Shown: in pieces, positions 25,571 to 37,854 of the stretch
Numbering within the stretch: position 1 is the first letter of the stretch
How the letters are laid out: every line of letters starts with the position of its first letter
From: Amoeboaphelidium protococcarum X5
Lineage: Eukaryota; Fungi; Aphelidiomycota
Length of the DNA stretch: 64,000 nucleotides
Assembly: GCA_023515725.1 (NCBI GenBank)
Contig: JALDTO010000098.1
Coordinates: 1,700,164 to 1,764,163, forward strand
Direction: 5' to 3'
Translations under genes and position numbers: made by a program
Notes under the pieces: model-generated
Databases searched by the model: none
Told to the model about the DNA's origin: nothing
Seen by the model: the letters and a program-made list of their open reading frames with translations, nothing else

Positions 25571-28500
25571 TCAACTGATCATACTACTATTATTATTGCC
25601 AATGTTCTACTCTCCACCAACACCGCTTCCACCTTTGTCGGAGTTAATATCAGATACTACATCCAACGCCTTCAGGTACTGCTATCTAACTGGACTATCC
25701 GGCGCAAGAGCACCTAATTACCCATTATTCCATTTCAAAAATTGATTAATAGTCTCAGGACCACATTTCAACAGAATCTACTTCATCTTTATTGATGGTA
25801 CGCGAACTAAGAGACCAAAGCTGGACGGAGTTAATTGATTCAATAACCGCACCCAACCCTCCCACAAAGATTTGGCTCGCTTGTATTCGTCATTGTGAGG
25901 CTCAATATGCAAATTTTTGGCTTCAATCTTTGCACCGAGCCACAAAGTCTTGAAAGAGACGCATCGAGTCAGCACGTGGGTAAGAAGCTTATCCGATAGT
26001 TCATTAGGATAAAGACTTAGTGCAGTTAGAACAGCTTTCATAAACAAAAGAGGAACATTCGCCCCATATTTATCCAAAATAGCAGTTAATCCCCAGAATA
26101 CGACACTAGGAGTATAGAAGCGCTGCAATTAAGGATGAGTGAGAATGAGACGTGATATTTCAATCATGATTTTAAGACTGAGAAGATGTTATTATACAGA
26201 GTTCTTATCAGAAGATTCTATGTCGAAGCAATGGAATAGAACAAACACGTCAACAGGATGCAAAAACTGTTCCGAGACATCAGATAGCGGCTTGGATTGA
26301 GGCTCTGGATGCTTAAGCAGCACTCTTTCCACAGCATCAACAAATAAAGACACTCTAGTGGTGGTATCAATTTTCTACTAATCACTCCATAGAGAGGATG
26401 CCAATGAGAGCAAACCATGCCTGGATTCTTCAACTGAAATGTCGTCGCCGGGTAGAATACAGGCCCAAAATCTACCATCTTTGAATAGATTAGTCTTCTC
26501 AGACAGCAGCCGTTTGAAGAATGCCACATAGACAGATGAAGGCTTAACATGGACACCAGCAGAAGATATCACCATAGACTGCGCAAATTTCAGTACAAGT
26601 TCCATGTTTGAATCATTAAATTCCGACTCTATCACAGGTAGTAATGCAGAAGCTTTATTAGATCCATCGGGCATACCAATAAAGGAGACAATTTTACCAA
26701 CAGCCGCCAGAATTACATTCTACACCAAGCGATTCACATCATTATCAGACGCGGACAGCTTAGAAAACTAAGGGAATAAATGACGGAATATCGATGGATC
26801 TCTAACACAAATGACAACATAGAGGTCTAAATATCGCAGAATATCATTTTCAGTTATCTGTGCACCAACAATACCATCACCACCACCATCCTCATCAGTT
26901 ACGAGTTGATCAAATCCAAGAAGATTATCAAGATTCTCAATCGAGTACTCTTACACAGATTCAATGAGTTCAGCATATTTAGCCGTATGTATGGCAATAA
27001 GGTCCTTTTAATCACTATTCTGTTAAAATGCATCCGGGGACAGTGTCCATAATCGTCGAACAACTCGAATGGATTCGCTTCTCTTGGCTCGATATTCAGA
27101 CGATGTACACTCAAGCAGTAGATGGAAAGCCATTTAAGACACTTTAACATTATTAACTCTAAGCACACACTCAAATAGAAAATATAATGCAAATTATATT
27201 TTAAATTTCTCCAGAGGAGTTGGAGATTATGACTAAAACTTGAGCCTACTCAATTAACTAATCGAAAAAATCTATCCAACGTCTTGATCCAAATCTGAAC
27301 TATCCTTAGAATCTTTAGCATCAGTCATATCAATAAGAGACTAAGGAAACTTGACCAGCGCAAATACAAACTTTTTGAACACGACATTCTGCTTCTTTTG
27401 AGGAAGCCAAGGAGTGAACGCATTTCTATTACCGTCCATATTAATTCTGGAATACATCAACTACAGAAACTAATCAATCTAGGAGTCATACGTAACATGG
27501 TCCTATTTCATCAGGCAATGAAAGAAGAGACACGTAAAATAGCGAACAGCCAAATCCCATCTGTTCAGAAAATCATCTAGGAGAAATTTAAACCAGATAT
27601 CAGCCAAAAGATAGTCTCTCTGAGCATTGACTTGCTAAATCTCGCATTCAGACGCCTTTTAAAAGCTATGAAATCCTTCAACAGGCTTATTTCTATTTCT
27701 TCGCACCTAGTTAAATGTTCTAGGACTATACAACAAAGTGCAAATGTATCGCGCCAAAGCACCGCCCCAATAAGCTCTGCTACCACGAAACATTTATCCT
27801 ATTTAAGCTTTCTAAGGCTGTAGAATTTTTGCAGATAATACCGTCGCACCATTCTCTTCATGAGCATTATTTCGATTATCTAATAGCTTGGGTTATGCCG
27901 TACTACTCGCACTTGGATCATCATCAGGTACGAGGTTATTATCTTCCATTTATTCGTTTTGAATCTGATCAATATTTCTCTTTCTACCATTTAGCTTCTT
28001 CATATCAATCCCACTCATATAAAGCCATCTCGAGCCATACTCATCAAGGAACAAGGTATTGTCTTATTTACTCGCAATATCCATTTTATCAACAGAAGTA
28101 TTCTAATCGACTGCATCATCATAGTCTTCCTCCTACTACTCATCTTCATCGACATAATCAACATCGCCTCCGCTGCTATGCATTCCAAAAGGAGAAGCTT
28201 CCAGTACATGCCGCAGTAATTACTCAATAGCCTCAAGTAATCGGCGTCTAATATCAGCTGCTTTACCAACATCAACTTTGTCATTATCACTCTATAGGCA
28301 TGAATCTAAATCAAAATATGGTTAATGCTCTGAAGGCTGCAACTCGAATTAAACTTGACCCAGAGTAGATTATTATTCATAATCTTGGTCTGAATCATCT
28401 ATATCACGCTTCTATTCAACCATCATGCTATCATCAGGAATAACACCAGATTGTACATCTTTAGTTGATGGTTACGGTGGATTGAGTTCCACTTCCGCAG

Positions 28501-28801
28501 ATTGCCTAATACCAGCAATAACATCTTTCCACTATTATACTCCACCATCTTCATGACCAGATCCAAACGAGTATAAAGATGCCAAAATCGCTGAAGAGAG
28601 AATAGGAACACCAAGCACCTAAAAGTTCAAATTCGGCGGCATTTCAAAAGGACTCTATCTCTAGCCATACACAGGGACATTGGCACCCAAGAACGGATGG
28701 TTAGGATCAGACCTAAAATGTGAAAACCCATCTCTAACTATTTAAGTCACTTGTTCCACTGAGAGCTAATTTAATGCTTGCTCCTCCATCTTATTTTACA
28801 T
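25571..28801 (-). CDS. Symplekin-like mRNA 3'-processing scaffold (start uncertain)
   Basis: C-terminal symplekin domain PLLFMKAVL.AL.LYP...VLTR...K.LW...LWEGW......PSSF.LL..P. Long single frame to TGA 25571. Confidence 0.7.
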
Positions 28802-29217
28802 AATAACTCTCCAAAAATCTCGTAAATTGGTATAGAAAGACAGGTCCAATTTATCGTAAAGAAAGAACGAGAAAACTTTGAGAGAAAGTAACAGGCGCGC
28901 ACCATTGTAAGTACAGTAGAAGACGTTCCCACTGACTGTTGAATAGCGCTCACACTATCCGTTATAAATTGACTTCAATTATTATTGTTAATAATTTTAT
29001 GAATAAACAATTGTTGTAGTTTGAGTCTTCTCAATTTCTATGGTCTTCTCTAATGTGAAGTAAAACACGACAAGTTTTGCCTCACTGAGAATTGTCTAAA
29101 AATAGCCTCTTGAATGGATGTTACAACATCTTAATGATATTGCGTTGATTGAGTCTTTAATCTTTGAATTCACACCTTAAAATTAGTGAAAGAGAATATA
29201 AAGCATTCAAGCAAAAA

Positions 29218-29636
29218 ATGTGGAAAGCAGAGACAGGACATAACATTAAAGAGGTTAAAGCTTAAAAAAGCAACGATGATGATTGGGAGACTGATGGTGA
29301 AGTGGTAAGCAACTTTTCTTATGTTACAAAAAAATACCAATTTTTTATTCTTTAACCATGTGACTATATATGTGAGTGTAGAATGCTGTTAGTGAAAAGT
29401 AGCAGAGATGGGCGGGTGGTCGCGAGGTGCATGTTGATGTACCACTTAAGGAATTTGCTGCATAAGTGGCTCAGAAGCACACAGAGGGCAAGTTGAATGA
29501 GTATAGTGGAAATTCTTTTGCGCGCGGGTATGGTGGTAAGAATGGTGTTGAAGTGAGATCAAAAGATGATGCAGATGCCAAAATTAAAATAACATAGCAG
29601 TCTAACGCATCCAAGGCACCAGCACAGTAAAATTGA
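29218..29636 (+). CDS. Mini-cortactin (113 aa): N-terminal acidic Arp2/3-binding region plus start of one cortactin repeat; exons 29218-29304 and 29382-29636
   Basis: MWKAETGH...DDDWETDGEV|NAVSEKQQRW...FARGYGGKNGVE parallels the animal cortactin N-terminus (MWKA.AGH...[20 protein letters not shown]...SHGYGGKFGVE). GTAAGC..TGTAG intron of 77 nt keeps the frame. Absent from the ORF track. Confidence 0.85.
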
Positions 29637-29760
29637 ATTCTTTAATGAATGAATGAATGACTAATCAATCATGTTGTTTCTTCTATCGATTACATCATTG
29701 TGTAAGTTTCATTTCCTTATATAAGCGTCGAGTTAAACTTGTGAATTTAAATCGATGCAA

Positions 29761-29893
29761 GGTTGATTGTCAGTGAAGCTGTCATCGTCGGAATGATATT
29801 TGCCGAAGGAGCGCTATTTGGACCGATGATTTGGTCGAGACCACTCCGTAATCGGCGGTCAGTGAAATGACGTCACTTCATCCCTTGTCAACC
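29761..29893. other. Imperfect long inverted repeat / candidate structured ncRNA
   Basis: Seven nested complementary pairs around 29828: GGTTGA/TCAACC, TGAAG/CTTCA, GTCAT/ATGAC, TGAT/GTCA, GCCGA/TCGGC, GGAG/CTCC, GACC/GGTC. Confidence 0.4.
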
Positions 29894-29985
29894 GCAATTT
29901 CAACGCATTTTCTTTTGTCTCGATGTTAACTTTAAAGATATAAAGTAATCACTCTTACGACTTAGTTATTCTCAAGGATACTAAT

Positions 29986-31422
29986 ATGGATATTAGCAGG
30001 TAAATAGTTGAGACAATTGTAAAGCGCTTCATACGCGCGTACTTGCTTCACTCGGTGGCTTGGCTTGGTGGATTATTTGCTCATCTGATCTTCACTTGGA
30101 TTCCTAATAGAATTAGAAACGGTCCTAAAAGACCATCATGGACTCTGCTGCATGAACTCCTCATAGTATCTATGCAATACTCTTACTAATGGCATCTCCA
30201 GCATGCGACTGATGTTCCTCTTGATTACTAGTATGCGGTTCAACATCATAGTCTGGTTGATATGCAATTAGATGCTGTTACAGATTTTAAATCTGCCGTG
30301 CTAGAGAAATGTGGCGTCTCTGAGCGTGATTTGTATGCTTTATGCTGCGTGCGATACTTTAGGCTCCTCATTAGCTTACTGCCTCTTCTGCCTTATTATC
30401 CATTTGCTCGATTCGAGTCACGAACTATATCTTCCAAGACGGGAGATATTCGCGTAGACTTTGTTACGCATAGATCAGTCACCAATCCACAAAGCTATAT
30501 CGTGTATGTTCATGGTGGTGCGTTTACTTTCTCGATAGAAGCATCATGGCGACATATGGCTATGGAAATCAGTCGATTGACCAATTCTACTGTGGTGATT
30601 CCGCATTACCACCTGGCTCCAGAAGCAACTTTCCCTCAGGCTATCGATGATGTCATATCTACATTTTAGTACTTGCATACCTAGACTTAAGATGTTGATA
30701 GTTGCATATAGAACATCATTCTTATGGGTGACTCGGCTGGTGGTGGATTGTGCGTGTCGTCCTGTCTGGAGATGAAGAGAACTGGCGTCACGCTTCCTGC
30801 AGCTCTATACTTGTAAAGTCCATGGTTAGATCTGACGTGTGAAATAGCCAATATTGGCCTACTTGCTCATTCCGAGTTGGAAAATTATCTACAACTGGCT
30901 CGTGATGGACTACTCATGAAGGATGATTTAATCAAGTTCCCCAATGGATGGGCCAGACACGATGGTTAGGATATTCTTCATCTTCCTCAATGGCCCTTTG
31001 ATTTGTCTGAATGTTATGTCAGTGGTTTATAGCAGAATAATATTTCGCGCAGCTTAAATTAAATTCTAAAAACCAACAGTAAAGCTAGTCCCTTCTTTGC
31101 TAGTATTGAAAGCCTTTACGAAAGTCTTCCTCCCACTCTGATACAAGTTGGATAGAAAGAGTATCTGTGCGATGAGAGCATAGTGATGGCCACTAGATTG
31201 GCACGTAAACATGGTGAGAGGATGCGTGGTGGATTTACTTCTGAATGGCTTTAATTCTACCACTCTTAAAACAAAGAATTATAGGTGACTCGCGGTCCGA
31301 TCCAAGTACAGGTGTTTGAGCATATGACTCATGTATTTTAACTCTTCGCGTTTGCTGGTGTCAAAGAAGGTGCTGATGCTATCTCTGCTGGTTGTAAATT
31401 TATCAAATTATACTCACGCTGA
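29986..31422 (+). CDS. HSL-family alpha/beta hydrolase (esterase/lipase)
   Basis: HGGAF oxyanion motif, YHLAPE..FP, nucleophile GDSAGG, SPWLDL, catalytic His in MTHVFQ. Confidence 0.92.
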
Positions 31423-31814
31423 CTATGTAGTTATTCGAATGGATGTATACTGATTGAAACCTGTAAACACAATCGATCATTTCTCTTTCTGCTGATATGA
31501 CTAGTAATTAATTTTAAACACTTTTGAAACTAGTTTAAGCAAAGCTAAACGCTCCAAGAGACATTTACCTGCCGTTTCAATTCTTCATCTAGTTAAGATG
31601 TAGTAGTGTTATTTTTGTTTACAGAGCTGCTCTATCAATTTATCCCACTTACAAAGAAGCAACCGGAGATACTTTCGATTGTCTCTAAAAGCGGCGCCCG
31701 CGAGCTTGATTTTCTAGTGCCACGAAGCTCCTCATTATGCTTCGTATCGGCGTTTCAACTACAGTAGTTAACGCATAATTCTAGTCAGAAAAGAAAAATC
31801 GATGCTGCCGTGCA

Positions 31815-32430
31815 TGTGCAGCTCTTGCGTACTGAGTAGACATCTCCTGCATCAGCAATGTCCGATTTTGTCCTTTTGTAAATGAACATGATCTTACACT
31901 CTATCATGCAGTTTGAGCTCATTTGAGTCGCGATCTTTACAAGACATACTCTGAAGGCATTGATTTTATCAGGAGTAGTATGTAGAATGTATATAAAATT
32001 ATAAAGTTAAGTATCATATGAATGAGTCTTATTGTTCACGATTCAAAAAGTGTTTTCTTTAAGGTTGCCCCCACTGCATCAGATCGAGATCGTTTCAAAT
32101 TTCGTAACCTGTAAAACAAGCTGAGCCACATCACAAGATTCTTGAGCATAGTATTATATTTGGTATCGTGCAACTTCAGGTCTCGTGCGCTAGGTGGACA
32201 TCTCTAACTTGTGTATGATCCGATTTTGTCCATTTGGGACAGAATAGGCACTCACACTCTATCTCACAGCTTAAGCCAATTTGACCGGTGATTAGAAGAA
32301 GAATTATTCTTTATGGGATAATTTATTCAGAACTAGCATTAAAAGTGGTGTCGCTGAAGCTCAGGACTCGTGCGCTAGGTGGACATCTTCAGGATCAGTA
32401 AGATCCGATTTTTCCATTTTGGACAAAACA
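31815..32430. repeat. Three degenerate copies of a ~185-bp non-coding repeat
   Basis: CTCGTGCGCTAGGTGGACATCT identical at 32182 and 32367 (period 185). TCCGATTTTGTCC and ACACTCTATC shared between ~31861/31896 and ~32219/32254 (offset 358). Confidence 0.75.
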
Positions 32431-32592
32431 GAGGAACAGGTTGGACCGATTATACACGCGATTTTCAACGTCGGCGGCTTTATTTCATCTTTGTTCTTAG
32501 GAGCAGTTCATAAGAACGTGATCGACCTGCCCTTCGATTTAAGCAGTGTTCTGGCTTCCATCTGCTAGATTAGGACTCTTGTTATTAAAATT

Positions 32593-34683
32593 ATGCTGAA
32601 CAAGAAGAAGTTTGTATTGTTTTTGCATGGTTTGAATCTGCCGAGTCAAGCTGATGCTTAGAATGAATTGGTCCATGTGCAGTTGAAGCAGTATCTTTAA
32701 TGTGACTTTGAGTATGAATGTATCAACTACGCCTCTATCATAGAATCTAAATAGTTGGCTAGAGTTGATAGACTTTAGCTATTTTGGAATAGATATGACA
32801 AGTCAACAAACTATTAGTAATCCTTGTTTGATATACTCTGGTTTACAGTACTGGCCTGTCTTGCTGCGTTGTATAACCGTATTCTGTAATTTGCCAAATT
32901 GAAGGGATTTAGTAAAGTTTATGCTCAAGACATATAAATCTCTTGGATCCTCAGAATGTTACCACTTAGAGTGTTAAATCTTGGCTTAAGTTTCTGGGGA
33001 GATTTAGATTTCAGATTTAAAGTTTTAGAAGCAGTTTAAGAAGCTGTTATTCGATTAAGGTCCAGGATGTCCAGTGGTTAGAGTGATAAATCTGAACAAG
33101 TGGAACTCATTTTCATTGGATTTTCTATGGGAGCCACGATATTTATGGAATATATCTACGAGACTTTGACTATTGATTATCGATTAAGACCGCAGTTTCT
33201 TTAAATTGATGCGCTAGCTGGTTGTAAGATTAAATTGATCACCATGGGATCAGCTCTACATTGGCATCATTCTTCATCACCATATAGATTTCTAGCTTAA
33301 CTGTAGAAAGAGGGCACTATTGAACGTTAATGTGAAGTCGAATGGATAAATCTCAGGTATTGGACAGATGTTTTAAGTAGCGGATCATGGAAGAGGACTT
33401 TCAACGATGATAATAATAATAATGTTGGAGGTGGATAGTATAAAAATTAGTATTCCAAGTAGCTTTCTTCTGTGAAAGTTAACGATATTTGTATTGATAT
33501 GTTTGGTAATGTGCGGAATTCATCGTCTACAAGAGGAATCTACTCTTTATTAAGAATTATGGCTGATAATTTGGGCCAAGTTGGCGCACTTTTATTAAGA
33601 GGTTAGATAATGTCTGGATTATAATAAATGGTTGTAACTCTTTGCCGATATACACCTCTTAGTCACGGTTTTTACTTTAGAGATTAGAAGATGCTTTAGT
33701 ATTTGGCTCGAATAATTGATGACGATATTGTATTGGCTTTGAAGCATATTGAATCCGTTCGTGATGGTGGTAACAGAGCTGAACAAGATGTGAAGAACCA
33801 AGATGCTAATATAGAAATAGTCAAGATTCGCAAAATCAAAGAGAAGTCTCCTGCTCACTTTAAAAAGAATACTGTTATTTTATATGTTCATGGCATGTCT
33901 AATAAGCAACATATCAAGTCCGAACTTGATGCCATACTTGGCAAGTTGAATGATAATTTGTATATTGACAGAAAACTGACTCTGTACTCTATAAGTTATG
34001 GACACCTGTTGAAGCCTGGTAGATCTCTATCTTAGAAACATCTATCTCTGGATCAGTAAATGTCATCTCTGATATCTCGTCTGTATTTCAATCTCAAATG
34101 TGCAGTCCTAACCAGGTTCCCAATTGCAATGTCTATTTGGTCCGAGTCACATGTAAGAGAAGCTGTTCAGGAAGCATTAGCTCAGAAATTGAGTGAGATC
34201 TTACCACCAGATGGCGTCTCTTTAGAACAGATCGATCAAGTTGTTCTATTGACACTGTCTACTGGTGCACTGGTTGGTCTCTCTGGTCTTGAACGTTATC
34301 TGATGCAGCAGTAGCAGTAGCAGTAAAAGTCATTGGCTCATAAATTGCGAATAGTAACTCTAGCGAGTCCTCTGCCGTGGTTTGCATGTAGTGAGCAGTT
34401 TAGGCAATACATGCCAAACTTGATGAAGATGACCAAGACGATGCAATGCGCTAAATGGGTGAATATCTTGTATCGATACGATCCAATGTCTATACCGCAT
34501 TCTATTGAGAGTGGGTTGGCAGATGTTGTTACCGATGTTGTTCTAAATCGTCCCATCTAGTTGTCATTGCTTCATCCCATCAAGTCTCTATTATCCGTCA
34601 TTGGATGGAATGAATTGACTGCTAGTATATCCACTGAATATTTACAAGACTCCAAAGTTTGGCATCATGTTTTAAATCAATGA
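32593..34683 (+). CDS. Protein with two tandem alpha/beta-hydrolase-like (DDHD/PLA1-like) domains
   Basis: Domain 1: LFLHG, GFSMG, LITMGS, WINLRYWTD. Domain 2: LYVHG, TLSTG, IVTLASP, WVNILYRYDP. One frame to TGA 34681. Confidence 0.65.
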
Positions 34684-34718
34684 TTTCATGTAAAATAGTT
34701 TAATTAATACATATCATT

Positions 34719-37046
34719 TCAGTTCATAGTCTGAGCACACTGTAATACTTGAACACAGCCTGCCATGGACAGTCGAGTAATATTCAATTTTTCCATCAAC
34801 CGAAAATCTTTAACAATCTGCTCAAGCATCACAGGATCCACCAACACCTCTTCCATTAAAGATGAGTCCATCTTGAGCAATTTGAGACCGTCACTCAGGC
34901 GCGGAAAGAGCAGATCGTTCAGTTGAAGCTAGTCCATTCGCAAAATCTATAAATCAGTAAAGATATTACCAGCTAGGACGGAGATGAACTTATCCATCAC
35001 ACTTGTAAATACTGAAATTTACTTTCGCTATTTGAACAGAATTTTGAGCATGCATTTAAACAGATGCGCATCAAAACTGTCCATGAGTAATTTCACAATA
35101 GACACGAACGCAGATGAGGTGTAAGCATGTTGTGTATCATCCGAACCAGAGTTCAATACAACATCATAAGGTAAAGAGTCTCTAAATAGTTGGAATACAG
35201 ACAATAGCTTTACCATGCCCGAGTATAAGCTACCCTCTAGGAGCTCTTTAATTTCATCAACATTGGCAGTAGTATTCAAATTACGCAAAACTCTGGCCAA
35301 ACACTACACATCGAATACCTGATACAAAGAGTAAAGACAATTGACAGTAATGATTTTAGTAAGAGACTCAATAATTCTCTACATACGCTTAATTAAATCT
35401 CGGTATCTATCTGGTTCGGACTACAAGAATAGCAATCCACTCTCGCCACTGTCTTGAATCTTATTATCGTCTACAGCATTCAGGAGAAAGGATAAAGCGC
35501 AGAGCCACCTACTACAGCCCTGAACCCAAATTTTAGAATCAAGATCACTATTGGGACCTGACAAGTCTGCAGCAGTATTACCAGACACAGCTTTACCGGT
35601 AGTTGATGATGACATCAATGCAGCAGTCAATTAATTATCTTTTATTCGATCAACGCCTGAACTGATGGTGGATGAAATAACTCCTCCGGGTGTAAGCTGA
35701 GACTTCTATTATTACCCACTGCCACCAATATCCTCAGGTGCCATAGGCTTTCGATAAGGAAATCGATCAACCAGCGGATCTACAAGATCTCCCTCAATAA
35801 ATTCCATTACACGGTCGATCAAATCATGTCCTAGATCACAAAGATCCATCTTTTAATTTTGTTTATTCACATTCTAGGTGATATCATCAATATCTTGCAA
35901 TAAATCCAGAATCATTAAACTGCACTTGGCACATCGGAATTGGTCATCCTGAATGTCAGAATCTGAATAAGCACGAAGCCATAGATCACTGCGAGCCATA
36001 ATTATATCCAACTAATAATTGTACGTTATAATCAGTGCATTAAACCAATAATCATACAAATCCTGACCAGAAGTTATAACTGCAAAGCAAGGAGAATCCA
36101 AATTACTGGAACTGAATCGAAGCCTATACTCATCCAACTGTAGTCCATAGTTATCAGTCAGAGCACAATCAAGTTGGATAATCTCCTTGACCAAATCACA
36201 CAAAAGTTTATTATATCGAATACTCTACTAACTACCACAATCAAATTTAACCCATCCAGAACTCTCACTTGATAGTTGTTAATCCTCTGCATTCTCTGAC
36301 AGTTAAGCCTTGTCTATATATGCACATACACTATTGACCGCACTAACAACTTTGTGCAATAGACATTCCCGAACAATGACAATCATAAACTCTTGGAATA
36401 GATCGACACTTACAGCACAATCTTTAACCATAAGCGGACTCCAATTGAACTACTAATGCTTACTGAGCACCTTGTGCAAATAATTTATCCACCATTCAAA
36501 TTTATCAACTCGATTAAGCTTTGACGTTGAAGACTCAAAATGAAACTTGAATCGCTTTATAATATCTTATGCATACACCTGGATAGCCCAAACGTACTAA
36601 CACTATTCAGTATATTGTAGCTTATTCTCATCTTTAGGATAGAGATTACACTAAAACTTGAGCAAATTTCTAAAAGCTAATAGAGTGTCCAGATCTTGAG
36701 ACAGGGATTCCAATCTATAGTGTGATTTAATCAGGCAATGTTACAATTCCTAATCTAATCTTGCCCGTTCATTTTAATCATAATCTCGTACTTTATCAAG
36801 ATGTTAACTTGTAGATGAAGATAAGGATTATTAATGCATACTCTACCTATCTTAGTCAGTTTTATCAGCGTCAACTTTCTACCTCATCTCGGACACAATC
36901 TATGTGGATTTCATATTGCTACTCTTACTACTATTAACTTCACCAACAGTATTGTCCAAATCACTCTTACTAGAAATCAAATTATCAATCACCCTCTAAA
37001 CCACCAAGAGTCTCTTCAACCTCTCCAATTACTCTTCCACTGTCAT
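34719..37046 (-). CDS. RINT1/Tip20 family tethering protein
   Basis: RFKFHFESS...NRVDKFEWW matches the RINT-1/Tip20 FHF...NR.DKPEW signature; helical composition; single frame. Confidence 0.75.
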
Positions 37047-37854
37047 TACTCTATTTTATATATAAATTCAATCTCTTATATGTTTAAGAACTGACTGACT
37101 TCCTGTCCAACAGTTCTAACCAAATGCAATAAGTATTACAGCAGCAGAGAACTAGAATAATCAGCAGCGTGTTCATCAAAAACAAAGAAAAGGAGAAAGA
37201 AAGAAAGAGAGAGAGAAAGTAAAGCAGAGCGCAAGAAATACAGCAGAATCAAAATGGATTATTATTTCACTTCGATGTTGTGTGTTTCCGAGTGTATTGA
37301 CGGTAAAACGAGAGAGGTGAGCGAGAGAGGTTCAATGAACGCATTTTGTGTTCATAATTGACCAAACGCACGAAGATTGCGTAAACTCCCTCAGCATCAA
37401 GCGAACCATTCTAACAGCTTATTTCTAGACTCAATATACACAGTTTACCATTTTGCATTCATAAAAAACAGTTTCGAGTAAAAAACTCTTAATGCGACAG
37501 AGAGGTCCCCACTGAGAAAGGAATAGTTTTGACCCGCCGAGGCGACAAGTGATCGACTCACGCGCGCGAAACGGATATCGCATTCATCACTCTCTCGTCT
37601 ATTTACTCACACACAAACACTCTGTAAATCTGCTTCTCTCACCTTTTCTTACCATTTCATTACGCGTTCTCTCTCTCTCTCTCTTTTGGCCTCATTATAT
37701 CATTAGTAGATATTCTCTTCACTAAATTATATCATTAAATATATAGCATAGACTGGTAATCGTTTGGTTGACGGAATCCTACTTCAAATTACAGTAGATA
37801 CTATTTTCATTTATCAAGGTGGTTATAATTGTGATTTTTAAAGGTGATAATAAA

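Noticed and set aside
29400-29402. TAG read as Glu (mini-cortactin SEK[TAG]QRW vs animal SEKEQRW)
   Set aside because: A single conservative position; invariant sites in Ppg1, bL34 and SLC26 require TAG=Gln.
32162-32430. CRISPR-like array
   Set aside because: Only 2-3 units, the intervening sequences are themselves homologous, no cas genes, eukaryotic context.
37183-37684. GA-rich and CT-rich tracts facing each other as transposon inverted repeats
   Set aside because: Simple low-complexity tracts, better explained as pyrimidine-rich leaders of the divergent RINT1 and seipin genes.
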